IMG/VR virus record: IMGVR_UViG_3300031415_000001 | Source of the DNA: a virus | DNA length: 64,000 bases | Reading direction: 5' to 3' (one strand) | Shown: in pieces, positions 25,895 through 37,100 of the stretch | Numbering within the stretch: position 1 is the first letter of the stretch | Layout: the number at the start of each line of letters is the position of its first letter | Position numbers and translations under genes: made by a program | The notes under the pieces: generated by a model | Seen by the model: the letters and a program-made list of their open reading frames with translations, nothing else | Told to the model about the DNA's origin: nothing | Database searches by the model: none

Positions 25895-28576
25895 ATGGGA
25901 TTCAGCTTTAAGAAAAAGAAAAAGACGTATGTTTCTTCCGTTGTCTACAACCTTGCAGGCGACGAGAAGGATCGTCCTAACTATCTTAAAACTACGGTGG
26001 TTGGAAAGGTCATTGCTGATTCCTCTGTGAATCAGACAATGGGCGAAGCTATTCAGAATAGCTACATTTCTGGCCCCGGTATCCGACTCCGATCCTTTGT
26101 GAAGTGGGCGCAGTCCTCTGGGTATGATGATCTCATTGGACTGTTGCCTGCAACCATCTATATTGGCGACAGTATAGATCCACCTGTATTGGCTCAGCAG
26201 ATTCCACATGATCCAAAATACACAGTAACCATTCTCGACTCTGAAGCTGGAGTCGCAGAATGGGACTGGTGGGCAGACCAGTACATGTTTGCCAATCACA
26301 GTGACCTGATTGATACCAATTGGGTATGTGATTACAAAGATGATCAGAACAAAATTGTCATTACTCTTGCTGACGGTACAGTAGAGGAATTTACTCCATC
26401 AGGAATGAACCTCGGCAAGAACTATATCTATGCGTTGTACTCATTAACTCAGGGTGCTGTATCAGGAAACATCATTCCCGGTGAAACCATCTCTCTTGGT
26501 TCTACCGGTAGTTTCCCATCCACTTCAGGATGGACTACTGACAGTTACTCTGGTGTAAACACTAACGTTACTTTGAATAAGAAAGTGACGACTGTTAAGT
26601 CTTACTCTGACGGTCGTCCTGATGAGACAACAACCGATGAATCTTCTTCTACTGGATCTTATGTCAAGATCGATGGTGTCTATGAAAAGACTGATTATGT
26701 GGGGATTACTAATACTGCTGACGGTCAACAGATCCGTAATACTCGCTCAATCATGTACCAGAACCAAACTGGTGCAGCAGCAGACAATGAGCCTGACGTT
26801 GAGACAAGTTCCGAAGTGGTGGACGGAGTAACCGTTACCACGACAAAGACTACTACACAGCAATCTCTCGTTATCGAGCGTACCTACCGTATCGACACAC
26901 AGGACTTAATCACCTCTACCTATCTTGGTTCACAGGTGTTTCTGTATGAGTTCGGCACAGGCAACGCTACTCTGGACGCAATGTTTTCTCCGAAAGAATC
27001 GTCCAGTATGTTTGCTCCGTTCATCCCGATCCGTATCGACAACGATATGATCACTGATGATCGGTTTACTGATTATTATCCGATGGCAGTGAAGGCTTAT
27101 AAAAAAGCTACCAATGCCAAGTTTGATAAGATCATTGCAACGGTAAAAGACAATAAGAATCTGAAAGATATCGACTATGCCTATGTTGTTTTCGGCGTGT
27201 CGCTGAATGTGAAAGAAAATGCCTGTAAGAAATATCTGTATAAGTTCTTCCAGACCATGCTCGATATGTCTACCAATGTGACTACTGCATACGGTGACTA
27301 TAAAACGCAGATGGCACTGGCACAGGCTACGAATGACTCATGGGCTAAATGGCTCCAAGCTCAGTCAAACCCAAGTGATCCATTGTACGGAACAGTTGCA
27401 CCAACCAAGGTGCCATACCCTACTCTGCCAAGTATGTCAGTGCAGATTAAGGGTAACAAACTGATGAACTACAACATCACTGTTTCATGGTCAGCTATGG
27501 CTGAAACCATTGGATCAGGGATGAGAGATTCTGAGCATAAAGTCGGCGATTGCTGGTTTGTCGTCAACGCTGATGATGACTTCTCTCAGATTGTTTATAA
27601 CGGCACAGACAATGTTGCAACCACACCTTTCACTGTGGATCACGTAACGCTGTACTGGCAGGAAACTGCTACTCGTTGGCGTGCTATGCACATCTGGGGA
27701 TTGCACCATAAGAATAAAATCTATGGTGGTAAGTCTGTGGATATCTCTGCCAAAAGTGCTCTGAATGATGCTGATGAGTCAGGGTTTATCATCCCTCTTC
27801 AACGAGATATTTATTCTGCTATCTCGCTGGTGGATGCGACTCAAATGTCCACAGCGTGCATGTTTATCGTGTTCAACTGCTATCAGGTGGTTAAGCAGAA
27901 GTGGTATCAAACCGGCTTATTTAAAGTTGTTGTGATCATAGTGATCATTGTTATCGCCGTCTTTACCGGGGGTGCGGCAGCAGGTTTACTGGGTACGGCT
28001 GCATCAGTTGGTGCTGCTGTTGGTCTGACAGGTATTGCTGCGATTATTGTGGGTACGATTGCTAACGCCTTAGCTGCAATGCTTTTGATAAAGCTAATCG
28101 GTGTTGTTGCAGTAAAAGCATTTGGTGAGAAAGTGGGTACTATCATTGGTGCCATTGCCGGTATCATTGCTGTTGCTGTTGGTTCCAGTGTGATTAATGG
28201 TGGAACCGTAGCACAGGGCTTCTCTTCACTCACTACGGCAGAGAACCTGACTAAGCTGACTGTTGCAGCGGGTAATGGTTATGCTGGCTATATGCAAGCT
28301 GCTGTACAGGAAACTGTGGGCGAAACCAATGCTCTGCTTGAAAGATATAACGATCAGTCAAAAGCTATTGCTCAGCAGTATAATGATGTAATTGGCACAG
28401 ATAGAGGTATCATTGACCCTGTGACATTGACTGATGCTACCCAACACATTTATGAAAGCATGGACTCGTTTATTAGCCGTACTCTCATGACTGGTGCTGA
28501 TATTGCTGAAATGTCGTATTCACTGCTTGAGAACTTCGTTGATATTACGACAAGCACATCCCTAGATGTAAGCTGA
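25895..28576 (+). CDS. large virion protein (N4 gp53 position) with a C-terminal multi-TM Gly-zipper region
   Basis: 893 aa. A stretch of about 110 aa of G/A/I/V-rich hydrophobic segments (VVVIIVIIVIAVFTGGAAAGLLG...AVAVGSSVINGG). Confidence 0.75.
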   Translation: MGFSFKKKKKTYVSSVVYNLAGDEKDRPNYLKTTVVGKVIADSSVNQTMGEAIQNSYISGPGIRLRSFVKWAQSSGYDDLIGLLPATIYIGDSIDPPVLAQQIPHDPKYTVTILDSEAGVAEWDWWADQYMFANHSDLIDTNWVCDYKDDQNKIVITLADGTVEEFTPSGMNLGKNYIYALYSLTQGAVSGNIIPGETISLGSTGSFPSTSGWTTDSYSGVNTNVTLNKKVTTVKSYSDGRPDETTTDESSSTGSYVKIDGVYEKTDYVGITNTADGQQIRNTRSIMYQNQTGAAADNEPDVETSSEVVDGVTVTTTKTTTQQSLVIERTYRIDTQDLITSTYLGSQVFLYEFGTGNATLDAMFSPKESSSMFAPFIPIRIDNDMITDDRFTDYYPMAVKAYKKATNAKFDKIIATVKDNKNLKDIDYAYVVFGVSLNVKENACKKYLYKFFQTMLDMSTNVTTAYGDYKTQMALAQATNDSWAKWLQAQSNPSDPLYGTVAPTKVPYPTLPSMSVQIKGNKLMNYNITVSWSAMAETIGSGMRDSEHKVGDCWFVVNADDDFSQIVYNGTDNVATTPFTVDHVTLYWQETATRWRAMHIWGLHHKNKIYGGKSVDISAKSALNDADESGFIIPLQRDIYSAISLVDATQMSTACMFIVFNCYQVVKQKWYQTGLFKVVVIIVIIVIAVFTGGAAAGLLGTAASVGAAVGLTGIAAIIVGTIANALAAMLLIKLIGVVAVKAFGEKVGTIIGAIAGIIAVAVGSSVINGGTVAQGFSSLTTAENLTKLTVAAGNGYAGYMQAAVQETVGETNALLERYNDQSKAIAQQYNDVIGTDRGIIDPVTLTDATQHIYESMDSFISRTLMTGADIAEMSYSLLENFVDITTSTSLDVS

Positions 28577-28585
28577 GGATCTTAT

Positions 28586-29074
28586 ATGAATTTTGGTGGC
28601 TACACTCCGTCTGCCGATTCGTTGAACTTTGGACAGCAGTACACTCCATCACTCGGAGTTGCTACTGATCCAACCACAACAAACTACGGCAGTATGGACT
28701 TCAGTACACTGAATGGTGGTACTGGAAATGCACAGCAGTTTAACTGGCTGGGCAACAATAACGGTGCTCAAGCTGGTGGTGCAGGTGCTCTTACTGGTTC
28801 AGCACAGAGTACACTTGGTGCCAACATTCCAACCTTCCAGTTGGGATTATCTGGCCTGACTGCTTTGAGTAATTTGTGGGGTGCATTCCAGTCTAATAAG
28901 CTGGCGAACAATCAGTTCGATTACACTAAACAGATTACCAATACCAACCTTGCTAATCAGATTAAGTCGTACAATACGTCGCTGTCTGACAAAGCCACTG
29001 CTCGTGCTTCAATGGAAGGTTGGAGTCCTGATCAGACTCAATCGTACATTGATAAAAACAAACTCTCTAAGTAA
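28586..29074 (+). CDS. virion protein (N4 gp52 position), G/N/Q-rich
   Basis: 162-aa ORF with GAGGA upstream. Confidence 0.7.
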   Translation: MNFGGYTPSADSLNFGQQYTPSLGVATDPTTTNYGSMDFSTLNGGTGNAQQFNWLGNNNGAQAGGAGALTGSAQSTLGANIPTFQLGLSGLTALSNLWGAFQSNKLANNQFDYTKQITNTNLANQIKSYNTSLSDKATARASMEGWSPDQTQSYIDKNKLSK

Positions 29075-29083
29075 GGGTAAATA

Positions 29084-31006
29084 ATGGCTGCATTGACTTG
29101 GCGTAATGTTGATGCCCCCAATCTGTCGAGTGGTGTCGATGGTGCTCGCACCACTGCTTATCTGTTTGGCAATGCTTCCGACGCATTGTCTCGTGGATTG
29201 GCTCAGTTTGGACAGGCTCAAACGGATCAGGCAAATGGTGCTGCATTGCAGAATGCCATGCAGATTAATGATCCACAGGCTTATCAGGCTGCTTTGCAAA
29301 ACGGTTCACTGCTACAGGGTATTGACCCATCAAAGGTTGATGCTCGTACTTTAGCTGCACTGCAAGGCCGATCTGCTGATTTGATCCAGAATGCTGCGAG
29401 TCAGCAAGCTCTGGATTATCGGACGTATCAGTTTGACCGTACTAAAGGTCAGGATGCTAATACTGATGCTGCTGCTCCAATCTTGGCACGGATCCAACAG
29501 GCTTATGCCTCTGGTGATACCCGTGGTGCTCAGGCATTGGAACAACAGAATGGTGATGTAATTGGTCGTCTGACTCCCGATCAACAGGCTGCGATGTATC
29601 GTAATGGCCTGTCTTTCACTGGCTCCAATATCAACAACAACACCAACCAGTTTGGTCTTGATGTTGCTCAGGAAAACCGAGGTGAAAGTCGTGATGTAGC
29701 GGCTGCTGCAAACCGTGTGAATCAGTTGGCACTGACTTCTGATGACAAGCAGTACTACTACAATCAGGAAGCTAAGAACCTGAACCCGAATGAGCAAGCT
29801 GCATTGGCTCGCCAGTTGGGTATCACTGCTGCCGGTGGTGGTGGCGGATCAGTGAGTGGCTCTGGCACAGCAACGGGTATTATGACCGGTGGTGCTCAAC
29901 TGCCTTCCACGATTAAAACTGCTGGTGACTTTGTTGATAACAAAGGCAGTCTGCTCAGTGGCAATGGTGGCAAAGGTACGGCTACTGGCCTGTACCAGAT
30001 TACCTCCGATACCATGAAGCAGTTTGGTCAACAGGCTCTGGGTGAAGACTGGCGTAATGCTGACATTCGTGATGCGAGTGTTCAGGATAAAGTCGGTGCT
30101 GCAATCTGGAACTCTGTCAAAGACAGCCCTTCTGCTATGCAGGGTCGTTGGGCCACTATCACTCCGGCTGATGCTTCAGCGTGGAAAGGTAAAAGCTGGG
30201 ACGACGTTAAAGGCATTATTGCTCAGCGTGAATCTGGTGCTGATCTGGCTCAGTATACGAACCAGACAACCAATGCTGCGAATGCTACCGGTGCCGTGCA
30301 GTTGGCAGTAGGCCAGCGTAATGCACAGAACAACGCTAACAGTGCTGCTCCTGATTGGCTCAAAGCAACTACCGATACCTCATCTCCTGCTGCCGTGGCA
30401 CAGGATATGTCTGCCGGTAACTCTGCTCTGAAAGGAACCAGTGCAAACTGGATCGCCAACCGTATCGAGTACATTCGTTCACAGTCTCAGGGCCGTGTGA
30501 ATGCTGCTCAGGCCGGTGCCATTCTGGAACGTTCACTGACTCCGGGAAGTGAAAGTGCTCTTGGTCGTGGTGCTCGTGGATTGGGTGCTCTGTTGGGTGT
30601 TGCCAACTCTGCTGCTGATAACGGCATGGTCTTTGATGAGGACATGGCTGCTAAGCTGGCACAGGACGCTGATTCAGGTAAAACTGCCTCAGCCGTACTG
30701 AACAACCAGCTTATTGCTCAGACTGCTCAGCAACTTCAAGTGGCTCAGCAGAATCAGCAACAGGCACTGGCTGTACTGCAACAGGCACAACGTACTGCAA
30801 TGAACGGTGGACAAGTTCCACAGGCTCGTTTGCAGCAGTACAAGGACAACTATGATAAAGCAGCGGCTGCTGTACAGACTCTGCAAAAAGGGATTACCAC
30901 TAACCCGGATAACATCCCGGAACAGTGGCGTCCTAAGCAGGCTGCTCAGAAAAAAGCTGAGACAGATGCTCAACGTATTGCCCGTCAGTACGGAACATCT
31001 TTTTAA
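29084..31006 (+). CDS. virion protein (N4 gp51 position) with a lysozyme/transglycosylase-like GLYQIT segment
   Basis: 640 aa, Q/A/N-rich. The internal TATGLYQITSDTMKQFG...VQDKVGAAIW resembles SLT-type GLMQI motifs. Confidence 0.7.
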   Translation: MAALTWRNVDAPNLSSGVDGARTTAYLFGNASDALSRGLAQFGQAQTDQANGAALQNAMQINDPQAYQAALQNGSLLQGIDPSKVDARTLAALQGRSADLIQNAASQQALDYRTYQFDRTKGQDANTDAAAPILARIQQAYASGDTRGAQALEQQNGDVIGRLTPDQQAAMYRNGLSFTGSNINNNTNQFGLDVAQENRGESRDVAAAANRVNQLALTSDDKQYYYNQEAKNLNPNEQAALARQLGITAAGGGGGSVSGSGTATGIMTGGAQLPSTIKTAGDFVDNKGSLLSGNGGKGTATGLYQITSDTMKQFGQQALGEDWRNADIRDASVQDKVGAAIWNSVKDSPSAMQGRWATITPADASAWKGKSWDDVKGIIAQRESGADLAQYTNQTTNAANATGAVQLAVGQRNAQNNANSAAPDWLKATTDTSSPAAVAQDMSAGNSALKGTSANWIANRIEYIRSQSQGRVNAAQAGAILERSLTPGSESALGRGARGLGALLGVANSAADNGMVFDEDMAAKLAQDADSGKTASAVLNNQLIAQTAQQLQVAQQNQQQALAVLQQAQRTAMNGGQVPQARLQQYKDNYDKAAAAVQTLQKGITTNPDNIPEQWRPKQAAQKKAETDAQRIARQYGTSF

Positions 31007-31030
31007 CTGGTTCCCAGTGCATTAAACTAA

Positions 31031-31059
31031 AACCCGAACAGCATTGTTCGGGTTTTTTT
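31031..31059 (+). terminator. intrinsic terminator upstream of the vRNAP gene
   Basis: AACCCGAACA-GCAT-TGTTCGGGTT followed by TTTTTTTA. Confidence 0.85.
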
Positions 31060-31103
31060 ATGTGGTAAAGTAGCCCTCAAATATATCTCGAAAAGGATAA
31101 ATA

Positions 31104-34100
31104 ATGGCTGGCGCACAAGACTTGTTTAATCAGGCTCTGGGTCTTACTACCCCTGTAGCCTCCGTGCCTGCTCCCGGTGCTTCACAGCAGATCATGCAAA
31201 ATGTTATGGATGCTTCTGCACCTAAACAGGCTGATCTTGCTGCTGTGTCTGCCGAGAAACAGAAAGCACTGGGTACGTCTCAGCCTGATATGTACAGCAT
31301 TGCTGCTGGACGTGAGTCAGGTGACGGAACGTACTCTGCTCAATCTCCACTGGAAGCTGATTTACTCAACCTTCCTGACGTGGATCTGATTAATAAATAC
31401 GGTACTCAGCAGGGTACACAACTGGCTGCTCAACGTGCCAGTGGACAGGCTCGTTTCAACAATGACCTGTTGGCTCCACGTACAACTGAACAATCGCTGG
31501 GTGATTCTGTCGCTGGTGTTAGTTTAGGCGTAGCAAACTCACTGGGTGGTATTGCTGCTTTGGGTGCCGGTCTGGTTAATGATAATGCCGGTGTCTGGTC
31601 TGCTCAGAAGATGCAGCAACTGAATGATTCAGTGCAGCAAAACATGCAGTCTGATTCTTTGAATGCACGCCGTCTGGCGAACCAAGCACAAACAGAACTT
31701 GGCTACCGTGATAGCACCAAACTCTACAACGAGGAAAAGGCCGAAGATGGTGATTTTATTGCGTCTCTTCGCCGTATTGGTCGTGACTCTGGTACTGCCG
31801 TTGCTGGTGCTTTTGATGACAACAGTGTTCTTTCTGACGGTATTTCACAGGGTATCGGTTCTATTCTGACTGCTGGCCCAATCGGTAAAGGCATTGCCTT
31901 GGGTGCTAAAAGTCTGGCTGCTCTTGGTGGCGAGTCTGCTGTCGGTCGTGCTCTGACAGCGATTGGTGCCAAGCTCCCTGAACATGCTGCAACAATGGCC
32001 TCTATTGGTCTGCAAGAAGGTGGTGGTGCTTACCAACAAACCACTCAGGAAGCCTATGACAAATTGAAAAACCGCACTGACTTAACCGAAGATCAGAAAC
32101 GATCTATGGCTAACCGTGCTGGTTTGATTGCTGCTGCAATTCAGGCTCCTGTCTCTGCTGCAACTGGTGCTATTGCTGCGAAGTTTGAAGGCAATCCTCT
32201 GGGTGCTCAGTCACTTCGTGAAGTTGTGCAGAACGTCGGTAAAGAAGGTGTTGAGGAATACATTCAGTCTGGCACAGGGCAACTGGCTCAGAACTTGGGT
32301 ATTCAGGATGAAGTTGATCCTAAACAATCTCTGTCTGAGGGTGTCGGTGAACAGGCTGCACTCGGTGGTATTTATGGTCTTGGTTCAGCAGGTGTCATTC
32401 AGACTCCAACTGCTGCACGTCTTGCTGCCACAAACACTGCCTCTGGTCTGGCTAAAGCTGTTACTGACCGTGTTGGTTCAATCACCAGCCGTAATGAACA
32501 GGCTTCACCTGTGGCTGATGCCAAAGTCTCTGATGCTGCTCAGACCATTCAGCAAGCCGCACCTTCTGTGGTTCAGGAAGTCAGCGAAGCTGTGGACAAC
32601 ACTCCAGATATGACGCCAGAACGCAAAGAAGAGATCAGCAATTATGTGAACTCTCTTGCCGGTGCCGTTAACTTTGACTCTGCTGAAAAAGCGGATATGT
32701 CACCTGCGTCTGCTGAAGCAGTGGGTGAAGCGAGTAACCGTGTTGATGCTCTGCACAACATGGCGAAGTATGTTGCTGATCAGAACAATCCTTCACTGAA
32801 TCGTTTGCAGGTATTGCAGGATCTTCAGGCTGGCCTGAACATGCTGGATGGTTTTATTAATTCTGAACCGGAAGGCTTGAACGGTCTGGAAGATAACCAT
32901 CCTGCTCGTCAGTTGGCTGATGGTGTTAAGAATGTGCTCTCTACTGTACAGCAGACTCCTTCTATCCAGAAGGCTCAGCAGGCTATGCAGCGTATTGTTG
33001 ATGGTGTCCAGAAAGATGGATCCATTGAACCAGTAACAGAAGAGAATATTCAGACTCCAGAAGGTCAGGACAATGCGAAGAACACCATCGCGCTTGCTTC
33101 TGTTGCGCCGGAAAAAGCAGATCTTGCGTCAGTCGATACCATCCTCAACCACGCTCGAAGCGGTAAAATCAACCTTACCCCTAACCAGCGTACTGCTCTG
33201 CAAACTGCCTCAGCAATCCTGAGTGCTGCAAAACAGTACGATGATCAGGCTTCTGCACAGGGATTACGTGCGGAGAATATCGTGAGTAAGCAGATTAAGA
33301 CGGATGACAGCAGAACGAAAGAGTCCCAGTACTCTGCGTTGCAACACGCGAAACGGATTCGGTCTGCGTACAGTGCGGGTGATCTCGATACTGCCCGAAG
33401 CAATCTGATCGACTTCCAGAAGTTCGCCAAGCACATGCAGAATAAGGTCGGAGCGATCAATACCTACCTTGCAACTTGGAATGGTCAGCCTAACTTCTCG
33501 GTCAAGTATGACGCTCTCCAAGACGACCGCAGTTGGCGAGAGTCCCGGAATGGGCTGTACGTTAATGTCGGCAATGCCCGATCCATTGCTACCGCTAAGA
33601 GTATAGGGCTTGAAGCTCAGACCCTGACTGATCTTGCTAATAGTCTGTCTACGGCTTTTCCCGAACTTGATGTATCTCATATTGGTCAAACTCCACTCGA
33701 TCCTTTGCTGGCTCAGGGGACACCACATGAGATTATTCAGGGGTTCCGTGATGGCACTCGCAAAGTCGGTCAGACAACTGCACAAGTTAAGGATACTTCA
33801 GTTAATGATAGTACCCCTGTAGATGATTCGGTTACTGCTTATAGCGATGACCAGATTTCTGCCATGACTGATGCAGAGATCGAGTCGAATATGTCTGATA
33901 TTTCTGATCGTCTGAAAGTTAATGCTAATCCTGTTGAAACAGAGAACTTCTCACGTCTCTATGACGAACTGGAAGCTCGCCGTAACTCAAATCAGAGTGA
34001 CGTTGAACAGGCTCAGGATAAACCAGAACAAACTGAAAATGTCGATAATTCACCATCTGAAACTACTTCTTCTGAAACATTACAAAACAATGATGTTACA

Positions 34101-37100
34101 GAGGAAAAAGCTCCGACTTTAGCAGAAAAACATCCTGCTCTGGCTCAGGGTAAAACGGGCAATAAATTCCTTGAAGCGTTTCGCTTACCGAAAACGCCCC
34201 GCACCACAATTGCTGATGCTGTATCCCCATTAAAAGCTGTTAAAGGGATGTTAACTGTAGGCGAAGAACAACAGGGTTACTCAGTGAACTCTGCAATTTC
34301 TCGTGCCTACGGATCTTATATGCAAGTTGGTCAACATCTGATCAACGCGATGCAGACGCAACTGGATGAGTGGGCAAGCAAGGGTAAAGCTCCTGCTGCT
34401 TTCATTGCTGGAACCAATGATGCCAATACTTACCAGTCCGGTAAGGTGCTGAACATCACTGATGTGCAGGACGGCAAACTGGTTTACAACAAGCCACTGG
34501 TTGAGACAGCGATGCTGGCTGGTTTGCACTGGGCTTTGAATGCCAACAACTACAGCAATGAACTGGATTCTGCTGATATTGGTAAACGTCTGAGTGCTCC
34601 AGAGTATCTGGTAACTGATGACATTACCGAAGCGATGAACTCCGGTCTGACTCTGGTTGATGCCTTGCCTTCACTGGCTCAGAAGGTTCGTCAGTATTGG
34701 GGTTTGTCCACCAATAATGATGCTCCTACTGGTTACACCGATGGTATCCCGTCTGCTGTGGCAGGTGAGATTCTGGAGGCTATGGCTAACGAAGGTCTGC
34801 TGACTCAGCGTAACCTGCGTATCGCCTACCAGACTGACGATACTGGCAATAAGTCTGCCATGACTCTGTTGCAGGATGGAGAAGCAACGCCGAAGGGTAT
34901 GCAGTTAATGGAGTACACGATCCTCGTTCCTAACACGGATGAGAACTCGCCTCTGTCTGCTGAAAGCTCTCTGCGTGATTATCCAGAAGCAATTGAACAT
35001 GCAGTAATGATTGATCCAGAGAACACAATGTTCTTTGGTGAAGACAAAGTGCCTGTTGCTCAGAAGCAGTTGAACAGTGATTGGGTGCCGGTAACTGCAC
35101 AGCAGAAGGTTGCTATTCGCAATGCGAATGCCACACCTTACTTTGCTCACATGCCAATGGTTAATCTCTTCACTGAACTGGGTGAAGCGAACATCATTGA
35201 TCTGATTGGTGAAGGTGATCTGTCTGGTAAATCTGCTCTCTTCAATGAGAACTATCTTCGTACTCTGGAAGGTCGTAACACGTCTGTACGTTCAGCGTAT
35301 CGTCAGCTTGAAGCTGTAATGGCTGCTGCCCGTAACCGTGCTGAGACTCAGGGTGTACCGGTAGAAGAGTTGCCACACCACTATGCACACAGCATTACCT
35401 CTGTGAACCGTTTGCAGATGCTGGGTAAACAGAATCCTCAGTCTTCCAAACTGATGCGTGAAGCAATCATGTCTACGTGGTCAACACTGGATATGAACCA
35501 GAAACAGAATGGTGATGCTTTCATGCTGGGTATTGCTCAGGCACTGGGTGTGAAAGTTCACAACATGTCCCGTGATCTGGCTATTGCAGAAGCTGAGAAC
35601 ATTCTGGCTAACCATACTGATGCTATTCAGATGCTGTCTGATTATCACAGTGGATCAGGTCTGCCAGACAATGCAGTAACCATCCTGCAATCTGGTTTCA
35701 AAGGTAAGCTGGCTCCAATGGAGTTACAGGCTCTGAGTGAATATGCCCGTCTTCAGAATGCAACTGATGAAGAACGTGCTGCATTCCGCACTCCTGTTTA
35801 TGTCGAAGCTGACGGCATGACCAACGGTGTTATCAACGCTATCTCGCTGATGACTTCCGGCAACTTCACACAGAATGAGTTAGTTAACCTGACTCGTGGT
35901 GGTGTGACTGTTGGTGGTAATGAGACAGATACAGCTAACTCAATTCGTTCTCAGAAAGATGCTGTGGATATGTACCAAGCCACTGTTGATCTTCTGAAAG
36001 ATCGTCTGGGTAGTCTGGATAAATATCTGAATCGTAACCCACTGGCACAGGGACAATTCAAGGCCGTGCAGAAAGTCATGTCAATGTTCATGCCTGACGT
36101 TGTATTGAAGTCAGACGGTAGCCTTGACCTGAAACGTGGTGTCACCAAGAACCCACTGACTGTTACCCTGTATGGTTCCAGTGCCAATGGTATTGCTGGC
36201 AAGATCACTAAGCAGATTGCTGATGGCATCTACCAGATGGTATCTGAGGCTAATCTGGCGATTGCTCGTGATCCGAATCTGTCAGTACAGGAAGCAATGT
36301 TCCCCGGTCGTCCAGAAATGGCTGCTGACTTCATGGAACTAATGGATAACCTGACTAATCAGGCATACCGTTACAGCCCTAAAAAGCGTAACTATGTCGA
36401 TGTGATGCAGGATGCAGGACAGGAATTTACGATCACTGATCCAGTGAAGTTTACTCTGTCACCTTCACAGCTTCGCGCTCTGAATACCAACGTACTGAGT
36501 CTGTTTGTTGAGCCAATGCGTTCAGCAATTGATGCGTCAGTCGGTGAGTCTGTAATGGACAACACCACACTGATCCGCAAAGCAACTCAGGTGCAGAGTA
36601 TCTATCTGCAAGAGGCATTCCAGAAAGCAGTTGCAGACCGTGTGCAGTGGCATGTAGACAACACACCGGGCTATAAAAAGACTGAGTTCCTGTCTCGTAA
36701 TGAGCTGAATGAAATCAGGGATTCTCTCTCTGATCTGGCTCCTTTGGTTCAGACCGGCACACAGAACTTCTTCATTGCTGGCTCTGCCAATAGTGACGTA
36801 GACGGTTCGATTCTGTCCCGTAACCTGTCCAATAAGTTTGCCATGCAGACTATGGTGGCTGGCCCAATGGATTCTGGTGTATCAGGTATTGCCTTCCTGA
36901 ACATCGGTATGGGTGATGGTCAGATGATCCAGAATGGTTTTGGTGGTCGTGATGCACCCCAGAAGGCAACACCAATCTTTGATGGTGTGAACCTTGCTCT
37001 GGATCGTATGGTGCAGGATAGCCAGACGATGAACAAAGCTGTTGCTGACTCATGGCAGAACAACCCACTGCGTGTGGTTGCTCAGTCACTGGAAGCACTG

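Noticed and set aside
25895-25925. An A-rich run (AAG AAA AAG AAA AAG) at the start of the 893-aa gene, considered as a possible slippery or frameshift site.
   Set aside because: It simply encodes a KKKKK stretch. The ORF continues uninterrupted for 893 codons and there is no alternative-frame ORF downstream.
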